Positions 1 to 7,281 of a stretch of DNA of 17,327 nucleotides are shown here, piece after piece. Where the stretch lies: positions 1 through 17,327 of the forward strand of contig JBBRDV010000027.1 in assembly GCA_038203565.1 (NCBI GenBank), in the 5' to 3' direction. Both the position numbers and the translations under genes were made by a program. The stretch is from Atribacterota bacterium. Lineage in GTDB: Bacteria; Atribacterota; Phoenicimicrobiia; Phoenicimicrobiales; Phoenicimicrobiaceae. How positions within the stretch are numbered: position 1 is the stretch's first letter; every line of letters begins with the position of its first letter. The notes beneath the pieces were generated by a model. The model worked only from the letters and a program-made list of their open reading frames with translations, had not been told where the DNA came from and searched no databases.

Positions 1-216
1 AAAGTTTTTTCTGTTGTCGGTATCGACTATACTGCGGCTATGGAGGGAATGTCCAGTGGAGACTTTTTGTTAGAGCCAATTTTTTATACCGTCTTTAGTT
101 TGGAGAATCTTGTTTTTTGCTTTGTATTAGGGGTAGTTGTAGTCACTATTGCCTGTATCATTCCGGCAAGGAAGGCCGCTAAACTTGAACCAACCGAAGC
201 CTTACGGCAAATATAA
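1..216 (+). CDS. ABC transporter permease, FtsX/LolE/MacB family, C-terminal part (5' truncated by window)
   Basis: Frame 1 is open from base 1 to TAA at 214-216: KVFSVVGIDY...FVLGVVVVTIACIIPARKAAKLEPTEALRQI*. The PARKAAKLEP.EALR ending is typical of FtsX-like permeases. Not in the ORF track. Confidence 0.9.
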   Translation, partial: KVFSVVGIDYTAAMEGMSSGDFLLEPIFYTVFSLENLVFCFVLGVVVVTIACIIPARKAAKLEPTEALRQI

Positions 217-220
217 CAAA

Positions 221-267
221 ACAAGTGACAAGTGACAAAACAAGTAACAAGTAATGAGTGGTAAGTA
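221..267 (+). repeat. Degenerate heptamer tandem repeat (ACAAGTR)
   Basis: ACAAGTG ACAAGTG ACAAA ACAAGTA ACAAGTA ATGAGTG GTAAGTA directly after the permease stop codon. Confidence 0.75.
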
Positions 268-271
268 ATAT

Positions 272-296
272 GTAGGGGCAGACCTCGTGTCTGCCC
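272..296 (+). repeat. GTAG-family REP-like palindrome
   Basis: GTAG + GGGCAGAC-CTCGT-GTCTGCCC: an 8-bp perfect GC-rich stem with a 5' GTAG tetranucleotide, the architecture of RAYT-associated REPs. Confidence 0.8.
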
Positions 297-300
297 ACTC

Positions 301-339
301 GAGATTGCCACGCTCCAATAAATTGTGGCTCGCAATGAC
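301..339 (-). repeat. GTCATTGCGAG...GCAATCTC palindromic repeat, copy 1
   Basis: Reverse complement is GTCATTGCGAGC-CACAATTTATT-GGAGCGTGGCAATCTC; both ends match the copy at 15414-15449. Confidence 0.8.
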
Positions 340-377
340 GATTAAACCAGCTAACCAAATTGAAAGGAGAATTAATA

Positions 378-1133
378 ATGCAAAAGATTAAAGGGTTTTT
401 ACTGATAGGAATAATGATATCGATTTTAATTGCTGATTTTGTGGTAATTACCGCTGCGGAGTTAACCGCTGAAGAAATAATTTACAAGAGAGATAATAAT
501 GAATATTTTGATTCAGTTAAAATAGAAGCAGAGATGATTATTGTTAGTGGTGGTCGTAAAATAACCAAAACTATGATTGCCTTGAGTGATAAGAAAAACT
601 CTTTAGTTGAATTTACTAATCCGCAAGATAGAGACACAAAATTTCTTAAGAGAGAAGATGACCTATGGATGTTTTTTCCTGATGCGGAAGATATTATTAA
701 AATTTCCGGTCATATGTTAAATCAGGGGATGATGGGAAGTGATTTTTCCTATCAGGATATAATGGAATCAGATAAACTAACCGATCTATACGATTTTAAA
801 ATTATCGGTGAAGAAGAAATTGATGGCCGTCCCTGTTATGTGTTGGAAGGTGTAGCCAGAGAAGGTGTTAAAGTCTCTTATTATCGTCGGGTAAGCTGGG
901 TAGACAAAGAGAGATTTATCGGTCTGCAGGAAGAATTATACACTCAAAGCGGGAAATTATTAAAAGAAACCAAATTAAATGAAGTGCAGGAGATTGAAGG
1001 TCGCTGGATTCCTATTGATTCGGTTATGGAGAATAAACTAAGAAAAGATACTTACACCGGATTTAAAATTGTTCAGATAGATTTTAATCCGGAAATTCCC
1101 GAGGGGACATTTAGTTTGCAGAATTTAAGATAA
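378..1133 (+). CDS. LolA-like outer membrane lipoprotein-sorting family protein
   Basis: Signal-peptide-like N-terminus and family motifs (LVEFTNPQDRDTKFLK, MMGSDFSYQDI, YYRRVSWVDKE, ELYTQSGKLLK, GRWIP, F+LQNL). ATG at 378 follows RBS AAGGAG and is preferred over TTG at 360. Confidence 0.85.
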   Translation: MQKIKGFLLIGIMISILIADFVVITAAELTAEEIIYKRDNNEYFDSVKIEAEMIIVSGGRKITKTMIALSDKKNSLVEFTNPQDRDTKFLKREDDLWMFFPDAEDIIKISGHMLNQGMMGSDFSYQDIMESDKLTDLYDFKIIGEEEIDGRPCYVLEGVAREGVKVSYYRRVSWVDKERFIGLQEELYTQSGKLLKETKLNEVQEIEGRWIPIDSVMENKLRKDTYTGFKIVQIDFNPEIPEGTFSLQNLR

Positions 1134-1195
1134 ATATTATCAACTATTTTTCTATTCCTTCTTTAAAATACAAACAGACATAACCAGAATTGAAA

Positions 1196-1251
1196 AGGGG
1201 CTCGGTTTACCGGGCCCGCAAAGATTCGGGGCGGATAAATCCGCCCCCTAC
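1196..1251. repeat. Inverted REP doublet (two GC-rich hairpins)
   Basis: AGGGGCTCGGT-TT-ACCGGGCCC, a 10-nt spacer, then GGGGCGGAT-AA-ATCCGCCCC-CTAC (GTAG end on the minus strand). It may also act as an mRNA-stabilising or attenuating structure. Confidence 0.75.
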
Positions 1252-1299
1252 CTGGAAAACCACACAAAATAATTTTGAATTAAGGAAATTAAATTAATT

Positions 1300-2409
1300 A
1301 TGAAAAAATATTGTAACATTAGCATTCTATTTATAATTTTTTTCTTCTTAGGATTAATTCCAGTTTCTGCCAAGGTAGATATTGGTGGCGAGTTCGCTGC
1401 TTCTCTAATAAATATCATTGATAATGAAGGAAATATTTTCACTTATCCTCAGGAAAGTTTGGATTTGGAATTATTCTTGCCGGCCTTTGATAATACCCAG
1501 GCTAAATTCGAGATATATTTATTTAACAATCCTATTAGTGGAGGATTTGATTATTTAATTAAAAAACTTTATCTTAAACATAAATTTGACAAATTACATC
1601 TCACCCTGGGTCGTCAGCCCATTTCCTGGTCTTTCGGTTCGATGCTCAACCCGGTTGATTTTACTTTGGGGACAATGGTAATGGATGAAGAGACCGGAGC
1701 TAAATACCATGATGCGATAGAGGCCTATGTCCCTCTAAATTGGAATTCGAGTGTATCATTGGTGGCTGCTTTTCCTGAAGCTAACCAGGATATTAAATGG
1801 GGCTTGAGAGGCAGAACCATGATTGAAGGATATGACCTTACCCTGAATTATGTCCGGGAACCAGAAATAAATTTTATGGGGATCATTATTCCGGCCAGCC
1901 AGAGAATAGGTTTTACCGCAAAAGGAGATTTGGGACCATTCGGAGTATATGGAGCCCTGGGATATTATTTCAAAAATAATGATCATGGTGATTTAGCTTA
2001 TCTCATCGGTGGTGATTATAGTCATTTTTTTGAAGCGGGGAATAAGATATACTTTCAGTTAGAATATTTATCTGTAAAACAAGATAACCTGTCCTCTATT
2101 TTGGGTCCCTTTTTTACAGGAGATGTTACCAACAATTTGAAGGAAAATATTGGATTAATTTCGGGTATGGCAAATTATGAAATTGATGAATTTTCTCAAG
2201 TTAATTTAACGGCTATTTCCAGCTTAAATGATGGAAGTATAATTATTATGCCCGGATATCTTAATCAATTAAGCAATAACTTAAGTTTTAATCTCAGTAC
2301 CGCAATTTATTTTGGTAAAGAAGACACTCTCTTTAGCCCAAATGTTTCTGAAGGAGCTCAACAGAAGCCCAAAGGAATGATTAGTATCGGCTTAACCTAT
2401 TCTTTTTAA
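1300..2409 (+). CDS. Probable outer-membrane beta-barrel protein (hypothetical)
   Basis: Signal peptide (…LIPVSA/K), amphipathic beta-strands, LTLGRQPISW and LNPVD motifs, and a C-terminal aromatic signature ISIGLTYSF. It sits next to the LolA-like and permease genes. Confidence 0.65.
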   Translation: MKKYCNISILFIIFFFLGLIPVSAKVDIGGEFAASLINIIDNEGNIFTYPQESLDLELFLPAFDNTQAKFEIYLFNNPISGGFDYLIKKLYLKHKFDKLHLTLGRQPISWSFGSMLNPVDFTLGTMVMDEETGAKYHDAIEAYVPLNWNSSVSLVAAFPEANQDIKWGLRGRTMIEGYDLTLNYVREPEINFMGIIIPASQRIGFTAKGDLGPFGVYGALGYYFKNNDHGDLAYLIGGDYSHFFEAGNKIYFQLEYLSVKQDNLSSILGPFFTGDVTNNLKENIGLISGMANYEIDEFSQVNLTAISSLNDGSIIIMPGYLNQLSNNLSFNLSTAIYFGKEDTLFSPNVSEGAQQKPKGMISIGLTYSF

Positions 2410-2446
2410 ATAAATTTTTATAATTAAACAGTTGAAGTTCGCTTAA

Positions 2447-2474
2447 AATGTCAAGGGGACGTCCCCTTGACATT
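2447..2474. repeat. Perfect 28-bp palindrome, possible terminator or REP-like element
   Basis: AATGTCAAGGGGAC|GTCCCCTTGACATT is self-complementary with no spacer. It lies between the beta-barrel gene and the fabK promoter. Confidence 0.85.
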
Positions 2475-2513
2475 AATTATTATAAATTTACCCCAAAAAT
2501 CTTTCTAAAAACA

Positions 2514-2542
2514 TTGACAAAAAATGAATTATTGTGTATGCT
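2514..2542 (+). promoter_or_regulatory. Sigma70/SigA promoter of fabK
   Basis: TTGACA (2514-2519), 17-nt spacer, TATGCT (2537-2542); conserved in the duplicate upstream of fabH. Confidence 0.8.
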
Positions 2543-2547
2543 TACCT

Positions 2548-2564
2548 TTAATAATAGGTCATAA
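2548..2564 (+). promoter_or_regulatory. Putative FapR-like operator
   Basis: TTAATAATAGGTCATAA, a 17-bp imperfect inverted repeat at the predicted +1. It resembles the FapR box TTAGTA-N5-TACTAA and is conserved at 4882-4898. Confidence 0.5.
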
Positions 2565-2627
2565 TAGTAGTTAATAAATAAATGAGCTATTCATAGAGCA
2601 TGAGAAACTTTATAAGGGGATGCATTA

Positions 2628-3569
2628 ATGTTTAAGTCTATTATATGTAAACTTTTAGGAATAAAATACCCGCTTATTCAGGGAGGGATGGCCTGGATTG
2701 CCGATGCTGAACTTGCCTCAGCAGTATCCAATGCCGGTGCTCTTGGAGTTATTGCTGCCGGTTATGCTCCGGGTGAATGGATTAGAGAAGAGATTCAAAA
2801 AACAAAAAAGCTAACCGAAAAACCCTTCGGACTCAATATTATGCTCTTAAATCCTAATGCAGATGAAATTGCCCGCATAGCTGTTGATGAAGGAGTAAAA
2901 GTAGTAATTACCGGTGCAGGAAACCCTGGTAAATATATAAAAATGTGGAAAGAAAATAATATTTTGGTATTTCCGGTAATTCCTTCAGTTGCTCTGGCTG
3001 TGCGAATGGAGAGAGCAGGAGTAGATGCAGTAATTGCAGAAGGTGGTGAAGCTGGAGGACATGTGGGGGAATTGACTACCATGACTCTTATCCCTCAAGT
3101 AGCAGATGCGATAAATATTCCGGTTCTGGCTGCCGGAGGAATTGCCGATGGCCGCGGTTTAGCAGCTGCCTGGATGTTAGGAGCTTTGGGATTTCAAATA
3201 GGTACCAGGTTTCTGGTCGCTTATGAATGTAATGTTCATACGAATTATAAGCAAAAGATACTTGCTGCCAAAGATACCAGCACCATAGTTACCGGAAGGC
3301 CAACCGGTCACCCGGTTCGGATAATAAAAAACAGGTTGGCAAGGGATTTCCAGGCGATGGAAAAAAGAAATGCCTCTTTAGAAGAATATGAAGAATTAGG
3401 GAAAGGTTCGCTTTATCGATCTGCCCGAGAAGGCGATATGGATTATGGTTCGATAATGGCCGGACAGTCAGCCGGTCTGGTGAAAAAAGAGCAAAGCTGC
3501 AAAGAAATAATTGAAGAAATATTTTTAGAAGCGGAAAAAATAATTTTAGAAAAAAGTAAATTAATTTAA
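2628..3569 (+). CDS. fabK: Enoyl-ACP reductase II (FMN-dependent)
   Basis: LLGIKYPLIQGGMAW, TGAGNP, EGGEAGGHVGELTTMTLIPQV, AAGGIADGRG, TGHPVR and MAGQSAGLV match FabK. Confidence 0.92.
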   Translation: MFKSIICKLLGIKYPLIQGGMAWIADAELASAVSNAGALGVIAAGYAPGEWIREEIQKTKKLTEKPFGLNIMLLNPNADEIARIAVDEGVKVVITGAGNPGKYIKMWKENNILVFPVIPSVALAVRMERAGVDAVIAEGGEAGGHVGELTTMTLIPQVADAINIPVLAAGGIADGRGLAAAWMLGALGFQIGTRFLVAYECNVHTNYKQKILAAKDTSTIVTGRPTGHPVRIIKNRLARDFQAMEKRNASLEEYEELGKGSLYRSAREGDMDYGSIMAGQSAGLVKKEQSCKEIIEEIFLEAEKIILEKSKLI

Positions 3570-3585
3570 CAATATTTTATTGATA

Positions 3586-3637
3586 TTAAGGAGAAGGTTA
3601 TAGGCAAGGAATGCGGTATTGATTTTATTAAATCATT
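3586..3637 (+). pseudogene. Eroded remnant of a fabF 5' end
   Basis: 3610-3637 matches fabF 6110-6137 at 26/28 nt, with both differences at synonymous positions (CGIDFIKS). It is preceded by TAAGGAGA and GTTATAGGCAA fragments that also occur at the fabF start. Confidence 0.65.
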
Positions 3638-3658
3638 ATCTGCAAAGGAGTTATACAG

Positions 3659-4762
3659 ATGAGCTTCAAAAAAATTCCCAAATTAAAAATAGGTAACTTG
3701 GAGGCGAAAATTCCCATTATTCAAGGGGGAATGGCTGTGGGAATCTCTTTATCAAGTTTAGCGTCTGCTGTGGCAAATGCAGGGGGTATCGGAGTTATAG
3801 GAACTGCCGGGATAGGTATGCTTGAACCTGACTTTGCTAAAAATTTTACTCAGGCGAATAAAAGAGCTTTACGTAAAGTAATAAGAAAAGCAAAAGAGAT
3901 GACCAAGGGTATTATCGGAGTAAATATAATGGCTGCTCTTTCGGATTTTTATGATATGGTCAAGATTGCAGTAGAGGAAAAGGCAGATTTAGTATTTATT
4001 GGAGCAGGTTTACCTTTAAGGGGTCTGGAAGTGCTGGTGCCTGATAAATTAAAAAAAAATATAACTAAAGTTGTTCCTATTGTATCATCTTCGCGGGCTG
4101 CAAAAATTATATTCCAATACTGGCAAAAAAATTATCATTACGTGCCTGATGTTGTCGTTGTTGAAGGACCATTAGCCGGCGGACACCTGGGTTTTAAAAA
4201 AGAGCAGATTGATAACCCGGATTTTGCTTTAGAAAAAATATTACCTGAAGTGATTTCCGTGATAAAACCTTACGAAAACGAATTTGATAAAAATATTCCG
4301 GTAATTGCCGCAGGAGGTATATATACCGGTGCAGATATTTACAAATATATTCAGTTAGGAGCTCAGGGAGTGCAGATGGCTACCAGATTTGTGGCTACTC
4401 ATGAATGCGATGCTTCTATCAAATTTAAAGAAGCTTATTTTAAATGCCAAAAAAATGACTTAATGATCATTGATAGTCCGGTTGGATTACCGGGAAGAGC
4501 AATAAAGAACAAATTTTTGGAAGAGGTTTCATCCGGGGTTAGAAAACCTTTTAAGTGTCCCTGGAAATGTTTAAAGACTTGTAATTTTAAAAATGCACCT
4601 TACTGCATCGCCCTTGCCCTAACTAATGCCCAACAAGGAAAATTTGACGATGGATTTGCTTTTGCAGGAAGCAATGCTTATCGGGTGGATAAGCTTATTT
4701 CAGTTAAGGAACTTATTGCAAATCTATCAGAAGAATATGAAAAAGCTTCATACAATAAATAA
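3659..4762 (+). CDS. FabK/nitronate monooxygenase-family FMN enzyme, FabX-like with C-terminal Cys cluster
   Basis: PIIQGGMAVGIS, VVVEGPLAGGHLG, AAGGI, GVQMATRF, SPVGLPGRA and CPWKCLKTCNFKNAPYCI; RBS AAGGAG upstream. Confidence 0.85.
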   Translation: MSFKKIPKLKIGNLEAKIPIIQGGMAVGISLSSLASAVANAGGIGVIGTAGIGMLEPDFAKNFTQANKRALRKVIRKAKEMTKGIIGVNIMAALSDFYDMVKIAVEEKADLVFIGAGLPLRGLEVLVPDKLKKNITKVVPIVSSSRAAKIIFQYWQKNYHYVPDVVVVEGPLAGGHLGFKKEQIDNPDFALEKILPEVISVIKPYENEFDKNIPVIAAGGIYTGADIYKYIQLGAQGVQMATRFVATHECDASIKFKEAYFKCQKNDLMIIDSPVGLPGRAIKNKFLEEVSSGVRKPFKCPWKCLKTCNFKNAPYCIALALTNAQQGKFDDGFAFAGSNAYRVDKLISVKELIANLSEEYEKASYNK

Positions 4763-4847
4763 TTATTGATTAATTCCTGCTTTAGAAGATATCTTTTTTT
4801 GTATGCCGAGTCCCTTCAAAAATGCCCTAGATCTTTCTAAAAAAACA

Positions 4848-4876
4848 TTGACAAGGAATGGATTATTATTTATACT
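4848..4876 (+). promoter_or_regulatory. Sigma70/SigA promoter of fabH-fabF
   Basis: TTGACA (4848-4853), 17-nt spacer, TATACT (4871-4876). Confidence 0.85.
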
Positions 4877-4881
4877 TGCTT

Positions 4882-4898
4882 ATAATAATATGTCATAA
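4882..4898 (+). promoter_or_regulatory. Putative FapR-like operator, second copy
   Basis: ATAATAATATGTCATAA, 15/17 identical to 2548-2564 and at the same distance from the -10 box. Confidence 0.45.
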
Positions 4899-4989
4899 TA
4901 GCAGTTAATAAATAAATTGGCTATTTATGTATTTATGAAGTATTAGAAACTTTATTTTTGTAGATAAAGAATTATTAAAGGAAGGTAAC

Positions 4990-5973
4990 ATGGTTTATTC
5001 AAAAATAATTAGCACAGGCGCTTATGTCCCCCAGAGAATTGTAAAAAATGATGAGCTTTCCAAAATGGTAGAGACTAACGATGAGTGGATTACCTCCCGA
5101 ACAGGTATAAAACAAAGAAGAATCTCCTCAGGAGAAAAGACATATCAGATAGCCGCAAAAGCAGCAACAGAAGCAATTAAAAATGCTGGTATAGATAAAA
5201 AAGAGATCGACATGATTATATTAGCTACAATAACCCCCGACTTTTTTATGCCTTCAACTGCTAATCTTGTTCAGGCAGAATTAGGATTAGTTGATATTCC
5301 CAGCTTTGATATAGCAGCAGGCTGTACTGGTTTTGTTTACGGATTACAGATAGCCGATCAATTTATCAGATCAAAACAGAGTAAGACAATTCTGGTAATA
5401 GGAGCAGAAGTTTTATCAAAGGTCACTGATTGGTCAGATCGGAATACTTGCGTACTTTTTGGAGATGGTGCCGGGGCAGTAATTTTAAAGAGTTCCAGCC
5501 AAGAGGGCATTATTTGTACTTATACTGGTTCTCAAGGAGATTTACAGGAGTCTCTCACTCTTCCGGCAGTTCCCTTAAAAAATCCTTTTTTGCAGGTTCA
5601 AAATAATAATGGAAAATCTAGCAATATATCTATGAACGGAAAAGAAGTATTTCAATTTGCTATTAGAGTAATGATAAAGAGTATTTCCCAGGTCCTAAAT
5701 AAGTCTAATCTTTCTATGGACGATATTGATTATATTATTCCCCATCAAGCTAATATTCGCATTATTGATTATGTTGCCCGGGAACTAAAGATTGAACGAG
5801 AAAAATTCATTATTAATTTAGACCGTTTTGGAAATACTTCTTCTGCCAGTATTCCGCTTGCTTTAGATGAAGCCCACAAGAAAAAAATATTTTCCCCGGG
5901 GAATCGGGTGATAATGGTTGCCTTTGGCGGCGGATTAACCTGGGGAGCTGTATTATCAAAATGGACAATGTAG
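4990..5973 (+). CDS. fabH: 3-oxoacyl-ACP synthase III
   Basis: WITSRTGIKQRR, catalytic Cys in AAGCTGF, DRNTCVLFGDGAGA, PHQAN, GNTSSASIP, FGGGLTWG. Confidence 0.96.
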   Translation: MVYSKIISTGAYVPQRIVKNDELSKMVETNDEWITSRTGIKQRRISSGEKTYQIAAKAATEAIKNAGIDKKEIDMIILATITPDFFMPSTANLVQAELGLVDIPSFDIAAGCTGFVYGLQIADQFIRSKQSKTILVIGAEVLSKVTDWSDRNTCVLFGDGAGAVILKSSSQEGIICTYTGSQGDLQESLTLPAVPLKNPFLQVQNNNGKSSNISMNGKEVFQFAIRVMIKSISQVLNKSNLSMDDIDYIIPHQANIRIIDYVARELKIEREKFIINLDRFGNTSSASIPLALDEAHKKKIFSPGNRVIMVAFGGGLTWGAVLSKWTM

Positions 5974-6018
5974 CTCAAATATTGATAGAAGACTAGTAAT
6001 ATAAGGAGAGTGAAAGAT

Positions 6019-7257
6019 TTGAAAAATAGAGTTGTTATAACCGGAATGGGAGCAATTACTCCGATAGGCAATAATGTTAAAACTTTCTGGGAAAATATAA
6101 AAAAAGGTAAATGTGGAATTGATTTTATTAAATCATTTGATACCTCCGAATTTAAGGTGAAAATAGCTGCAGAAATTAAAAATTTCAATCCTGCTGATGT
6201 TTTGGATTCTAAGGAATTAAAAAGGATGGATAGGTTCACCCAGATGGGGATAGTAGCTGCAAATGAGGCAGTGAATGATGCAGGATTAAGCAATGAAGGC
6301 GATTCCCGGGAAAATTGGGGAATTATTTTAGGCACCGGTATAGGGGGCTTTATTACTATTGAAAAAGAAAATCGAAAAATTATCGAAAAAGGGCCGGGAC
6401 GCGTATCTCCTTTTTTTATTCCTATGGCTCTTTGCAATATTGCTGCAGCAAATATTGCTATTAAATTTGGAATAAAAGGGATATGTGATACTGTAATAAC
6501 TGCCTGTGCTTCCGGTACATCGTCTATTGGGAATGCTTATCGTATTTTACAGCAGAATCAAGCGGATTTAATTATTGCCGGCGGTTCTGAGGCAGCAATG
6601 ACTCCACTGGCATTAGCCGGATTTACCTCGATGGGAGCTTTGTGTACTCACAATAAAGCGGAACAAGCTTCCATTCCCTTTGATATCCGAAGAACAGGGT
6701 TTGTAATGGGAGAAGGGTCCGGTATATTGATTTTAGAAACATTAGAGCATGCTCAAAAAAGAGGGGCAAATATTTATGCTGAGGTAGTAGGATATGGGAC
6801 TACCTGTGATGCTTACCACATAACTTCTCCTGCACCCGGAGGGAATGGCGGAGCAAGAGCAATGAGAATGGCTATTAATGATTCGGGTATCAATAAAGAA
6901 GAGATATCTTACATCAATGCTCATGGAACCAGCACTACTTATAATGATAAATGCGAAACCGAAGCAATAAAAACGGTATTTGGCGAAAAGGCATATGATA
7001 TTCCGATAAGTTCTACCAAGTCAATGACCGGGCATATGCTTGGCGCTTCGGGGGCAGCAGAAGCCATTGTCTGTATTAAAGCCATGCAGGAAAGTTTTAT
7101 TCCTCCTACCATAGGGCTGCAAGAGCAAGATCCGGAATGTGATCTGGATTATGTGCCACTTCAAGGAAGGAATCAAAATTTACAATATACTATTTCCAAT
7201 TCATTTGGATTTGGCGGGCAAAATGCCAGTATACTATTGAAAAAATGGGAAGAATAA
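6019..7257 (+). CDS. fabF: 3-oxoacyl-ACP synthase II
   Basis: RVVITGMG, TACASG, GFVMGEGSG, INAHGTST, STKSMTGHMLGA, SNSFGFGG. TTG at 6019 is better spaced from RBS AAGGAG than GTG at 6010. Confidence 0.96.
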   Translation: MKNRVVITGMGAITPIGNNVKTFWENIKKGKCGIDFIKSFDTSEFKVKIAAEIKNFNPADVLDSKELKRMDRFTQMGIVAANEAVNDAGLSNEGDSRENWGIILGTGIGGFITIEKENRKIIEKGPGRVSPFFIPMALCNIAAANIAIKFGIKGICDTVITACASGTSSIGNAYRILQQNQADLIIAGGSEAAMTPLALAGFTSMGALCTHNKAEQASIPFDIRRTGFVMGEGSGILILETLEHAQKRGANIYAEVVGYGTTCDAYHITSPAPGGNGGARAMRMAINDSGINKEEISYINAHGTSTTYNDKCETEAIKTVFGEKAYDIPISSTKSMTGHMLGASGAAEAIVCIKAMQESFIPPTIGLQEQDPECDLDYVPLQGRNQNLQYTISNSFGFGGQNASILLKKWEE

Positions 7258-7281
7258 GAGCATTAAGGAGTGAATGAGACG

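Noticed and set aside
84..335. 83-aa minus-strand ORF
   Set aside because: It is antisense to the permease 3' end and runs through intergenic repeats; no family resemblance.
221..339. Possible CRISPR array or tRNA
   Set aside because: No repeat-spacer periodicity, no cas genes and no cloverleaf.
5769..6437. 222-aa minus-strand ORF, plus the other antisense ORFs (1248-1442, 1756-1986, 2795-3082, 6742-6924, 7560-7868, 8735-9085, 12932-13123, 13352-13618, 13672-13881, 15736-16260)
   Set aside because: Shadow frames opposite well-supported genes, with no recognisable motifs.
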